Source: an uncultured delta proteobacterium | GTDB lineage: Bacteria > Desulfobacterota > Syntrophorhabdia > Syntrophorhabdales > WCHB1-27 | Reading direction: 5' to 3' | Assembly (NCBI GenBank): GCA_963821605.1 | Contig: CAWGEZ010000059.1 | Coordinates: 41,210 to 105,209, forward strand | DNA: 64,000 nucleotides | Shown here: positions 1-9,555 of the stretch, piece by piece | How positions within the stretch are numbered: position 1 is the first letter of the stretch | How the letters are laid out: the number at the start of each line of letters is the position of its first letter | The notes under the pieces: generated by a model | Told to the model about the DNA's origin: nothing | Databases searched by the model: none | Seen by the model: the letters and a program-made list of their open reading frames with translations, nothing else | Translations under genes and position numbers: made by a program

Positions 1-86
1 TCAAGGAGAGAGTACCCAATGCGACATGGGTAGGCCTGGCAATAATCATAGTGGGAGGCTTAATAATTCAGTTTGGAAAGAAATAG
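1..86 (+). CDS. 3' end of a membrane-protein gene entering from the left edge (SMR/DMT-like last TM helix); partial
   Basis: Frame 3 is open from the window edge to TAG 84-86. It translates ...KERVPNATWVGLAIIIVGGLIIQFGKK*, a hydrophobic helix with a basic tail. Family assigned by resemblance only. Confidence 0.3.
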   Translation, partial: KERVPNATWVGLAIIIVGGLIIQFGKK

Positions 87-216
87 TAGTTACGCCCGCC
101 ATCTTCTCTTCACAAAGCGCACCATATTTCTAGTAGAAAAAAAAATAAAAAGCTTATATACTACAGTGCTGCGGGAATAGACATAGAATACACGTTGACG
201 TGTAAGAAGAGACCAA

Positions 217-250
217 GGGTGTTCTCTATGAGGACACCCTTTTCTTTTTA
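217..250 (+). terminator. hairpin plus T-tract (terminator or attenuator) in the leader of amt copy 1
   Basis: GGGTGTTCTC (217-226) pairs with GAGGACACCC (230-239), one mismatch, 3-nt loop, then TTTTCTTTTT. A second perfect 10-bp hairpin, GCGTCTTTCA (272-281) / TGAAAGACGC (294-303), follows without a T-tract. Confidence 0.45.
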
Positions 251-341
251 TTCCCGAGACTGTAGTACGCGGCGTCTTTCATTACGGGAATGGTGAAAGA
301 CGCAGTTCAATATCATTCAAACGATTGGGAGGAGGAGAATC

Positions 342-1574
342 ATGATCAATACCGGTGACACGGCGTGGGTACTTGTCTGTACAGCTCTCGTCATGCTCAT
401 GACCCCTGGGTCTCGCTTTTTTCTACGGGGGCATGGTAAGGAAAAAAAATATTCTTGGCATTCTGATGCAGTGCTTTACCGTGCTCTGCATCCTGACGTC
501 TGCAGTGGATCCTTTTCGGTTACAGTCTTTCGTTCGCGCCATCGAAAGGCTTCTTCGGCGGCCTGAGCTGGTTTGGCTTGAACGGTGTCGGCTTCAAGCC
601 TTACGCGGATTACGCAGCCACGATCCCGCACGAGGCATTCATGCTCTTTCAGGCCATGTTCGCGGTCATAACGCCCGCGCTCATCATCGGGGCCTTTGCC
701 GAGCGCATGAAATTTTCCGCCTTTCTCCTTTTCACGATACTCTGGGCGACCTTCGTCTATGACCCGGTCTGCCACTGGGTGTGGGGGATGGGTGGTTGGT
801 TGAAAGAACTGGGCGTGCTCGATTTTGCAGGAGGCTCGGTCGTCCACATTAACGCGGGCATTGCAGCACTCGTCGCTGCGCTCATGATCGGCAAGAGAAA
901 GGGATACGAGAACAGACCCGTGCCGCCCCACAATCTGCCCTTTACCGTTCTCGGCACGGCCCTGCTCTGGTTCGGCTGGTTCGGTTTCAACGCGGGCAGC
1001 GCACTGGCTGCAAATGAGAGTGGCAGTTCACGCTTTCCTGGTAACACACACTGCAGCGGCCGCCGCAGGCGCTACCTGGGCACTGCTTGAATGGGTATTC
1101 AATGGAAAGCCGACCATCTTCGGCACCATCACCGGCTCGATCGCAGGTCTTGCAACGATCACTCCCGCTTCGGGCTTCGTGACGGCCGGAGCCGCCGTTG
1201 CGATAGGATGCGCGGCGAGCGTTGTCTGTTTCATTGCTGTGGCCGAGATAAAGCCCCGACTGGGATACGACGACTCCCTTGATGCCTTCGGAGTCCACGG
1301 CGTCGGCGGCATGCTGGGCACGCTCGCGGTTGGACTTTTCGCGTCGAAGGCGATAAATCCTGCGGGCGCTGACGGTCTTCTCTACGGCAACCCGCGCCAG
1401 TTGCTCGTACAGTTTATGGCTGTGGCCGCGGTGACCGTTTACAGTCTCGTAGTAACCTATCTCATAGTAAAATTCGTAAACGTCCTGATCAAGGTCAGGG
1501 TGCCTGACCGCGAGGAGATCATGGGACTCGACCTGACGCAGCACCATGAACATGCTTATACGATCCTGGAATGA
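342..1574 (+). pseudogene. amt: ammonium transporter (Amt/MEP family), copy 1, reading frame broken about 3 times
   Basis: ORF pieces 342-566, 578-1090 and 1014-1574 tile one Amt protein colinear with the intact copy at 1781-3010 (MINTGDTAWVL, FQAMFAVITPALIIGAFAERMKFSAF, GLDLTQHHEHAYT). Frame switches near 410, 500 and 1015. RBS GGGAGGAGG precedes ATG 342. Confidence 0.85.
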
Positions 1575-1667
1575 AAGCCTGGAGCAATGGTTACCAAATC
1601 TATGCATTGTTTACTTGTAAACCAGTTACCCGGAGGGTGGGTCTGCACGGTGAAGTGTAAGCCATTG

Positions 1668-1700
1668 ATGGCGTTCTTCTGAGAGCGCCATTTTTGTTTT
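1668..1700 (+). terminator. intrinsic terminator between the two amt copies
   Basis: 9-bp stem ATGGCGTTC (1668-1676) / GAGCGCCAT (1683-1691, one G-U pair), 6-nt loop, then TTTTTGTTTT. Confidence 0.6.
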
Positions 1701-1780
1701 ACGGGGGAAGACGTAGGCGTCTTGGGTCCAGTGATGGATCAGAGGCGCCTTTTTTATTCCAAGGGAAGGGAGGAAGAATC

Positions 1781-3010
1781 ATGGTTAATGCAGGTGATAC
1801 GGCATGGGTTCTCATTTCTACAGGGCTGGTAATGCTGATGACACCGGGACTGGCCTTTTTTTACGGAGGCATGGTACGACGAAAGAACGTACTGGGTATT
1901 TTGATGCAATGTTTTACCATCCTCTGTGTCCTCAGCCTCCAGTGGGTGCTCTTCGGTTACAGCCTGGCCTTTGCACCCGGAAAGGGCTTCTGGGGCGGTT
2001 TTCAGTGGGCCGGGCTCGTGGGGGTCGGTGCAGAACCATTCAAGGACTACGCGGCCACGATTCCTCACCAGGCGTTCATGATCTTCCAGGCCATGTTCGC
2101 CGTCATCACACCGGCACTGATCATCGGGGCCTTTGCTGAGCGGATGAAGTTTTCGGCATTTCTCCTTTTCACGCTGCTCTGGGCAACCTTCATCTACGAC
2201 CCCGTTGCCCACTGGGTCTGGGGCGTTGGCGGCTGGCTCAAGGACCTTGGCGCCCTTGACTTTGCAGGCGGGACCGTCGTCCACATCAACGCGGGCATTG
2301 CCGCGTTGGGGACTGCTCTCTTTATAGGGAAGAGGAAGGGATACGATAAAGCCCCGGTGCCTCCCCACAATCTGCCCCACGTGGTTCTCGGCACGGCCCT
2401 GCTCTGGTTCGGCTGGTTCGGGTTCAACGCGGGCAGCGCACTGGCGGCTAACGGACTCGCTGTCAGCGCTTTCGTAGTTACCAATACGGCCGCCGCGACC
2501 GCCGGCCTGACCTGGGCAGTCATCGAATGGATAACGAACGGGAAGCCGACCATCTTCGGTACTGCCACAGGCGCCGTGGGCGGGCTGGTTGCCATCACGC
2601 CTGCCGCCGGTTACGTCGGACCAATGTCCGCCATCATCATCGGCATCTTCGTGAGCATCTTCTGTTTCATCGCTGTTGCGGTTATCAAACCGAAGCTGGG
2701 TTACGATGACTCTCTCGATGCCTTCGGTGTGCATTGCGTCGGCGGAATTTGGGGTGCGCTGGCAACCGGGCTCTTTGCCACTAAGCTCGTCAATCCGGAC
2801 GGGGCTGACGGTCTCTTTTTCGGCAACCCGAAACAGTTCCTGATACAGGTGCTCGCCGTGGCGGTCACGCTGGCTTACAGCTTTGTGGGCACCATGATCA
2901 TCTACAAGGTGGTTGACTGGGTGATGGGCATGAGGGTGAAGGAGAAAGACGAGATCATGGGACTTGACCTGACGCAGCACCACGAACATGCTTACACTTT
3001 ATTAGAATAG
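1781..3010 (+). CDS. amt: ammonium transporter (Amt/MEP family), intact copy 2
   Basis: ATG 1781 is preceded by GGGAGGAAG. The ORF contains MVNAGDTAWVLISTGLVMLMTPGLAFFYGGMVRRKN, AGGTVVHINAGIAAL, FGWFGFNAGSA and DDSLDAFGVHCVGGIWG, all typical Amt motifs. The TTG at 1694 in the ORF track is probably not the start. Confidence 0.95.
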   Translation: MVNAGDTAWVLISTGLVMLMTPGLAFFYGGMVRRKNVLGILMQCFTILCVLSLQWVLFGYSLAFAPGKGFWGGFQWAGLVGVGAEPFKDYAATIPHQAFMIFQAMFAVITPALIIGAFAERMKFSAFLLFTLLWATFIYDPVAHWVWGVGGWLKDLGALDFAGGTVVHINAGIAALGTALFIGKRKGYDKAPVPPHNLPHVVLGTALLWFGWFGFNAGSALAANGLAVSAFVVTNTAAATAGLTWAVIEWITNGKPTIFGTATGAVGGLVAITPAAGYVGPMSAIIIGIFVSIFCFIAVAVIKPKLGYDDSLDAFGVHCVGGIWGALATGLFATKLVNPDGADGLFFGNPKQFLIQVLAVAVTLAYSFVGTMIIYKVVDWVMGMRVKEKDEIMGLDLTQHHEHAYTLLE

Positions 3011-3021
3011 AGGGGTGAACG

Positions 3022-3363
3022 ATGAAACTGATTATCGCCATTATAAAACCGGACAGGCTTGAGGCAGTGAAACAGGAGCTTTACAAGGCCGAGGTCAACC
3101 TGATCACGGTGAGCGAGGTGCTCGGTCATGGGCGCCAGATGGGCATCACCGAGGTATACCGCGGCGTGAAGGAGATGGGCAACCTGTTGCGCAAGGTGCA
3201 GCTCCTCATCGCAGTGAACGACGACTTCGTAGAGGCGACGATCAATGCGATCCTCAACGGCGGAAGAACGGGGGAGATCGGCGACGGCAAGATTTTCGTG
3301 CTGCCGCTGGAAGAATGTATCCGCATCCGCACCGGGGAACGGGGAGGAACGGCCATCGGGTGA
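3022..3363 (+). CDS. glnK: PII nitrogen regulatory protein, amt-linked (GlnK type)
   Basis: 113 aa, MKLIIAIIKPDRLEAVKQEL...GHGRQMG...GDGKIFVLPLEECIRIRTGERG aligns without gaps to PII proteins. Sits directly downstream of amt, the canonical amtB-glnK arrangement. Confidence 0.93.
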   Translation: MKLIIAIIKPDRLEAVKQELYKAEVNLITVSEVLGHGRQMGITEVYRGVKEMGNLLRKVQLLIAVNDDFVEATINAILNGGRTGEIGDGKIFVLPLEECIRIRTGERGGTAIG

Positions 3364-3631
3364 GATGATCGGGAGAGAGGGAGTGCGGTAGGCAGAATTA
3401 TTTCTTGAAATTTAGCTAGGTTCTGTGCATAGTATACTATTGGTACATCGACGTACCAGCTTTCCCTCACCGACCTCCGAGGGACTCCTATTTATCACTC
3501 CGAACAGTGACGTTCAGACAGGATTGGTTTGTCGCAACACGTGCTTGCGCCGCCAACAGTAGGGCAGAGCCACGAGTTCAGACCAGGAAGAAGGGTTACA
3601 AGACCGTAACCATACATCTTAAGGAGGCGAC

Positions 3632-5126
3632 ATGGATAAGAAGCCCGAAAAGAAGAGACAACAATACGCTGGAATGGAGGGATAACCCAGAAAGACTTGC
3701 AGAATGTGGCCAAGATCATCAAAGATAATAAGATCGAGATTGTCGATTTGAAGTTTAACGACCTGCCAGGTCTCTGGCAGCACTTCTCCATCCCGGCCTC
3801 AGAGTTGACCGAGATCGACGATCCGGTGCAGTCCATCTGGGAAGAGGGGATCGGCTTTGATGGGTCGTCCATAAGGGGTTTTCAGAAGATCAACGAGTCA
3901 GACATGATCCTGCTCCCGGATCCGAGCTCCGCGGTGGTGGACCCTATCTGCGAGGTACCCACGCATAAGTATCTTATGCGACATTTACGATCCGATTACC
4001 AAGAAGCCGTATACCCGTGACCCGCGCTATGTTGCCAAGAAGGCCGAACAGTTCTTGAAGACCACCGGCTTCGCGGACCAGAGCTTTTTCGGCCCCGAGC
4101 AGGAGTTCTTCATCTTCGATGATATACGGTTCGACCAGACGACAAACTCCGGTTACTACTTTATCGACTCGATTGAAGGTGACTGGAATTCGGGCCGCGA
4201 TGAAAAGCCGAACCTCGGCTACAAGCCCCGCTACAAGGAAGGCTATTTCCCCGTACCCCCGCACGATTCGCTCCAGGACCTCCGGAGCAGGATCATCCTC
4301 ACCATGATCAAGGCGGGGATAAAGGTCGAGGTGCATCACCACGAGGTTGCGACTGCCGGCCAGTGCGAGATCGACATGAAGTTCGGTCCGCTCGTCAAGC
4401 TGGCGGACCAGTGCCTCATGTACAAGTACATCGTCAAGAACATCTCCAAGAAGAATAACATGGTGGCGACTTTCATGCCCAAGCCGCTTTTCGGCGACAA
4501 CGGCTCCGGCATGCATACCCACATCTCGCTGTGGAATAAGGGTACCAACATCTTTTACGATCCGGCCGGATACGCCGGCATCAGCAAGCTTGGGAAAGTA
4601 CGCTATCGGCGGCCTCCTGAAACACGCACCGGCCCTGCTCGCCTTCTGCGCTCCGACCACCAACTCTTACAAGCGGCTGGTCCCCGGCTACGAGGCGCCG
4701 GTCAACCTGGTCTACTCGGCGCGTAACCGTTCCGCGGCCGTCAGGATTCCGATGTACTCAGACAACCCGAGGGCCAAACGGCTTGAGTTCAGGCCGCCGG
4801 ATTGCACCTGCAACCCGTACCTCGCCTTTCCTGCCATCATGATGGCATGTGTCGACGGTATTATCAACAAGATCGATCCGGGCAAACCAACCGACGTTGA
4901 TACCTATCACATGGACCCGGAAGAATTTGCCAAGATTCCGACCGTGCCGGGCTCGCTTGAGGCGGCAATTGCGGCGCTGGAGAAGGACCACGAGTTCCTG
5001 CTTCGGGGCGGCGTCTTTACGCAGGATGTGATCGATGTCTGGACCGAGTACAAGAGGGAAAACGAGATAGACCCGATTCGTTTGCGGCCACACCCTTACG
5101 AATTCTATCTCTATTTTGATATGTAA
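3632..5126 (+). pseudogene. glnA: glutamine synthetase type I; frame broken about 3 times (artefact or pseudogene)
   Basis: AAGGAGG then ATG 3632. Pieces 3697-4020, 4055-4726 and 4590-5126 tile a GSI: [86 protein letters not shown]. Switches near 3680, 3965 and 4588. Confidence 0.9.
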
Positions 5127-5139
5127 GCGGGAGATAACG

Positions 5140-5950
5140 ATGGACAAGGCCGTCTTGATCGTAAAGCACGTTGAACAGGAAGGCCCTGGTATGCTGGGAA
5201 GGTCTTTTGAAGAGGCCGGCTGGCAGCTTGTGACCGTGGAACTCGGCCGTAGGAGAATCACTGCCCGATCGCCTGGATAGTTTCGCGGCCGTCGTAATGC
5301 TCGGCGGCCCCATGAACGTGTACGAAGAAGAGGCCTATCCTTTTCTTAAAAAAGAAGACGTGTTTATCAAGGAGGTGCTCAGGGAGGAGATTCCCTTCCT
5401 GGGCATCTGCCTCGGCGCACAGCTCCTGGCCAAGGCCTGTGGTGCTCGCGTGATGAAAGCAGCCCAGAAGGAAGTGGGCTGGTACACCGTTGACCTTACA
5501 AAGCAGGCGCGGCAAGACCGGCTCTTCAGGCGGGTCGAGAGTCCTTTAACAGTTTTTCAGTGGCACGAAGATACGTTCGATATTCCGGATGGCGGAGTGC
5601 TGCTCGGCACATCAGCACTGGTCCGGAATCAGGCCTTCAGGATGGGAAGCTGCGCTTACGGCTTGCAGTTTCACGTTGAGGTTTCTCTGGACATGGTCGA
5701 GAAATGGATGAAGGATGAAAAAAGCGTGGATACGGAGAATATCCTTCGCCAAGGCGCCATCGTAAAAGAGGCTCTGGAGGAGACAGGCGGCTACGGCCTC
5801 TTCAACAATTTCAGACGTCTGGCTGAATCAGCGGTGCGCGTCAAAAGGATCATGAAGCTGTTTCTGGAAAAGAAGCCCGAGTGTCAGCGGACCCTTTGGT
5901 GGGATGAGGAAGGGAAGGCGCTCGTCCGGAGGGAAGCGCTGAGCTCGTGA
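5140..5950 (+). CDS. class I glutamine amidotransferase (GATase1, GuaA-N-like); one frame switch near 5250
   Basis: ATG 5140 gives MDKAVLIVKHVEQEGPGMLG. The protein continues in ORF 5297-5950 with FLGICLGAQLLA (nucleophile Cys), FQWHEDTF and GLQFHVE. Confidence 0.8.
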
Positions 5951-5980
5951 CGCGGACATTAGATAATCGGGCCATGGAAT

Positions 5981-6010
5981 TTGACAAAAAGATTGTTATT
6001 TTGATAAAAT
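5981..6010 (+). promoter_or_regulatory. sigma70-like promoter upstream of the mvhD-metVF block
   Basis: TTGACA (5981-5986), 17-nt spacer, ATAAAA / TAAAAT (6004-6010). Sequence match only. Confidence 0.4.
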
Positions 6011-6040
6011 AAGCGCTCAGCACAAAGGAGTGCTAAGTAA

Positions 6041-6085
6041 ATGACGGGGCGTCCAAGGGGCGCCCCTTTTTTCCGCGTGTTGTGA
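6041..6085 (+). promoter_or_regulatory. candidate 14-codon leader ORF that spans the terminator hairpin and overlaps the mvhD GTG (GTGA)
   Basis: AAGGAG (6026-6031) lies 9 nt before ATG 6041. The ORF reads MTGRPRGAPFFRVL*, its codons 2-9 cover the hairpin at 6045-6066, and its TGA (6083-6085) overlaps GTG 6082. Confidence 0.3.
6045..6072 (+). terminator. intrinsic terminator immediately upstream of mvhD
   Basis: GGGGCG (6045-6050) pairs with CGCCCC (6061-6066), then TTTTTT (6067-6072). Confidence 0.6.
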
Positions 6086-6540
6086 CGACTATGGAAAAAG
6101 AATTGAATTTCGCGATCTTCTTCTGCCAGCGGCTTGACCCGGATCAGGATGTGAACCGGCGGGCTCTGGAAAAGGAGCTCGGCTCACGGATCAGATTTTT
6201 TCCTCTGCCCTGTTCCGGCAGGATAGAAGCGCTCCACCTGATGCGGGCCCTGGAGGCAGGGGCAGACAAGGTGTTCCTGGTTACCTGCCCGATTGGCGCC
6301 TGCCGCTATCAGGAGGGAAACCTGAGGGCAAGAAAGAGGCTGGAGTTTGCGCAGAAGTTGATGGAAGAGATCGGCCTTGAGCCTGAACGTTTTGAGCTGG
6401 TCAATGCCGCATCCCTCGGCCCGACTTCGATCGATGCGATAGCCCGTGAGCTGATCAGCAGAGAACAGAGGTTTGCTGCCTCACCGCTCAACGTAGAAAA
6501 GGACAGAAAGAAGCAGCGCGCAACACACCATGATATGTAG
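6082..6540 (+). CDS. mvhD: MvhD/FlpD-type hydrogenase delta-subunit-like electron-transfer protein
   Basis: IRFFPLPCSGRIEALHLMRALEAGADKVFLVTCPIGACRYQEGNLRARKRLEFAQKLMEEIGLEPERFEL matches the MvhD (FlpD) family pattern. Alternative start at ATG 6091. Confidence 0.85.
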   Translation: MTTMEKELNFAIFFCQRLDPDQDVNRRALEKELGSRIRFFPLPCSGRIEALHLMRALEAGADKVFLVTCPIGACRYQEGNLRARKRLEFAQKLMEEIGLEPERFELVNAASLGPTSIDAIARELISREQRFAASPLNVEKDRKKQRATHHDM

Positions 6541-6564
6541 TTGCGCAGCATGAGGAGTCTTCGT

Positions 6565-7232
6565 ATGATCACTGCAGAAAGAAAGCCTCTTCCGGAAATT
6601 AAGGAGAGCATCTCTCCTTACAACAAGATTTTGATCGTGGGCTGCGGTACCTGTGTTGCCGAATGCGCCTCAGGCGGCGAAAAGGAAGTTGCCCTTCTTG
6701 CGTCGGCGTTGCGCATGGATGCAAAGAAGGAGGGGCGGGATGTGGAGGTGCGTGAGATCACGCTCGACCGCCAGTGCGTCTATGAATTCATCGACCAGCT
6801 CACCGGCCTGGTCGACCAGTACGACGTGATTCTCTCCCTTGGCTGCGGAGCCGGTGTGCAGGCGGTTGCCGAGGTCTTCCCGAAGATCCATATCATTCCG
6901 GCGCTCAACACCACCTTCCTGGCCAGACGAAGGAAGCGGGCCTATGGATTGAGAACTGCCGGGCGTGCGGCGACTGCAAGCTGGATCACTTCGCAGACGT
7001 CTGCCCGATTACCCGCTGCGCCAAAAGCCTGTTCAACGGTCCCTGCGGCGGTTCAAAGGGAGGATACTGCGAAGTCGATCCCGAAACGCCGTGCGCATGG
7101 CATTTGATAGTTACGCGGCTGGAAGAGAGCGGTCGCCTGGGCAAGCTGGCTTCTCTTTATCCGCCCGCCAACTGGTCGAAGAAGGAGGGCAAGGGCCCGA
7201 GGAAAATCGTGCGGGAGGATCAGAGACATTGA
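6565..7232 (+). CDS. metV: MetV, small Cys-rich subunit of acetogen-type methylene-THF reductase; one frame switch near 6921
   Basis: GAGGAG lies 7 nt before ATG 6565. N-terminal part: ILIVGCGTCVAECASGG...LSLGCGAGVQ. After the switch: CRACGDCKLDHFADVCPITRCAKSLFNGPCGGSKGGYCEVDPETPCAW (MTHFR_C-type motif). Stop at 7230-7232. Confidence 0.8.
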
Positions 7233-8153
7233 AACCTGAGAGCCGACTTAGAAAGGTACTGACCGCGGGCCAGTTCGCCGTGACCGCCGAGTGCGGGCCG
7301 CCCAAAGGGGCAGACCCGGATGCTGTGCGCAAGAAGGGTAACCTCCTTAAAGGCTTTGTGGACAGCGTAAATGTGACCGACAACCAGACGGGCGTGGTGC
7401 GTCTCTCCAGCCTCGCCTCATGCGCCATCCTGAGAGAGGAGGGGCTCGACCCGGTGCTCCAGATGGTGACGCGCGACCGGAACCGGATCGCCCTGCAATC
7501 CGATGTTCTCGGCGCATCGGCCCTCGGTATCAGGAACATCCTCTGTCTTTCAGGCGATCACCAGTCCTTCGGAAACCAGCCCGAGGCAAAAGGGGTGTTT
7601 GATATTGACTCGACCCAGTTCATTCACCTGGTGCGCCAGATGAGGGATGAAGGTACCATCCTCGGCGGTGACAAGCTGACCCTGCCTCCGGAGCTTTTCA
7701 TAGGGGCTGTGGAGAATCCCTTTGCCGATCCCCGTTCATACCGTGCCCGCCGTCTTGAGAAAAAGGCAAACGCCGGCGCAGAGTTCATCCAGACGCAGTG
7801 CATCTACAACCTGCCCTACTTCAAGGAGTGGATGAGGCAGGTGAGGGACCTGGGCGTCGATACCAAGGTCTTTATTCTCGGCGGCGTGACGCCGCTCAAG
7901 TCCGTAACGTATGGCGGAATACATGGCTAAGAACGTGGCCGGCATGGACATCCCGGCAGAAATCATCGACCGGCTCAAGGGCGTTCCTTCGGGAGAGCAG
8001 AAGAAGGAAGGCCTGAAGATCTGCATGGAGACCATCCGGGAACTGCGCGAGATCGAAGGGGTCCGCGGGGTCCACATCATGGCCATCGAATGGGAAGAGG
8101 CCGTCGCCGAGATTGTGGAAGGAGCGCAACTCCTCCCGCGACCGGCCGTTTAA
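7229..8153 (+). CDS. metF: methylenetetrahydrofolate reductase MetF; one frame switch near 7905
   Basis: TTG 7229 overlaps the metV stop. Contains FAVTAECGPPKGADP, VNVTDNQTGVVRLSS, QMVTRDRNRIALQSD and LCLSGDHQSFGNQPEAKGVFDIDSTQ. The C-terminus continues in ORF 7911-8153. Confidence 0.85.
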
Positions 8154-8168
8154 CCCGAGGAGCAAGCA

Positions 8169-9552
8169 ATGCCGCCCAAGTACCATATCCAGACCGCTTC
8201 CGTGCCCAACCGGTTTCCGGCTGTAACGCGATCGGGCGTCATAGCCTGGGAAGAAGGGTGTCTGAAGTGCACCAGCTGTGTGAAAAAGGAGTGCGTTTAC
8301 AAGGTGTACGAGACGCGCGCACTCGATGAGCGCCAGATGCTTGATTCTCTGGACAGCGCCTGTCAGGATTGTTTCCGCTGCGTGCAGAACTGTCCGGCCA
8401 GGCTGATCCAGAAGGGCGTGAACCCGACGTACAGGACCATAGGCGACCATTACTGGACGCCCGAAATCCTCGCAAATCTCTGGTCCCAGGCTGAGACAGG
8501 CAAGATCCCGGTGTCGGGCGCGGGCTACGGCGGACCTTTTGCCGGTCCCGGATTCGATGCGATGTGGACCGACATGTCCGAGATCGTAAGACCCACGCGC
8601 GATGGGATCCACGGCAGGGAATACATCAGCACGACCGTCGATCTGGGCAGGAAGGTGATGGCCTTACGGTTTGACGAGCACGGTGAGCCTACGCATCCGA
8701 TCCCGCCACTTGTCGAAATACCGGTTCCCTTCATCTTTGACTTACTCCCTTTCTCGCCGCCCAAAAGGCGCATATTGAGGGCCTTCTTACGGGCCGCTAC
8801 CGAACTGGGGACTTTTGTCGTTATCAGGGAATCGGAGTGGCTCCCGCTTTACGAGCGCTATCTCCCGAATACGATCCTTCTACTGGACCGCGGGCCTGAC
8901 GCTCGCAACGGCCATCTGCTCGACCGGATGCGCATGGTGGAGGTGCCGGACAACCCTGCCGTTACTGAGTGGCAGCGGATGCTGAAGGAGAAGAAGCCCG
9001 ACCTGCTCGTCGCTATCCGGATGCCGCTCACTCCAGCCGCCGCGGGCGCGCATAGCAGAATTGACGCGTGAAGGCGCGGAAGTCATCCATCTTGTTGCCG
9101 ACGAATTCGGCATGGAAGAAGCTGATGAGCCTTTCTTCATCAAAGACCGGTTGAAAGAGGTCCATCTGTCACTGGTTGATAAAGGCTTGAGGGACCAGAT
9201 CACCATCATCGCCGGAGGCGGTATCGCGATGGCGGAGCACATGGCCAAGGTCATCATCTGTGGAGCGGATGCGGTCAGTTGCGATATTCCGCTGCTCGTG
9301 GCCATGGAGTGCCGCGTCTGCCGGCGTTGCACACAGGGCGTTGCCTGTCCCGTGGAACTGGAGGAAGTAGACCCCGGTTGGGGCAGCCGCCGCATCAGGA
9401 ACCTGATGGCGGGCTGGCATAACCAGCTGCTGGAGATCATGGGCGCCATGGGTATGCGCGAGGTCAGACGGCTTCGCGGCGAGATGGGTCGCGCCATGTT
9501 CTTCGAGGACCTGGAGCGGGAATTCGCAAGCCTGGGGAAAAGAAGAGGCTAG
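8169..9552 (+). CDS. ferredoxin domain fused to a degenerate glutamate-synthase FMN-domain-like barrel (paralog A); frame switch near 9035-9050
   Basis: Two Cys clusters (CLKCTSCVKKEC, CQDCFRCVQNCP). C-terminal IIAGGGIAMAEHMAKVIICGADAVS...MECRVCRRC is colinear with paralog B, but the GGMSFG and TGEGG motifs are replaced by DLLPFS and IRESE. Confidence 0.7.
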
Positions 9553-9555
9553 GCC

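Noticed and set aside
1754-2989. Very long antisense ORFs opposite real genes. Examples on the minus strand: 1754-2989, 12541-13152, 28471-29286, 35141-35815, 51391-52149 and 57193-58059.
   Set aside because: Each lies opposite a gene with clear family motifs. Their translations are Arg/Gly/Pro-rich with no recognisable domains. Such shadow ORFs are expected in GC-rich DNA.
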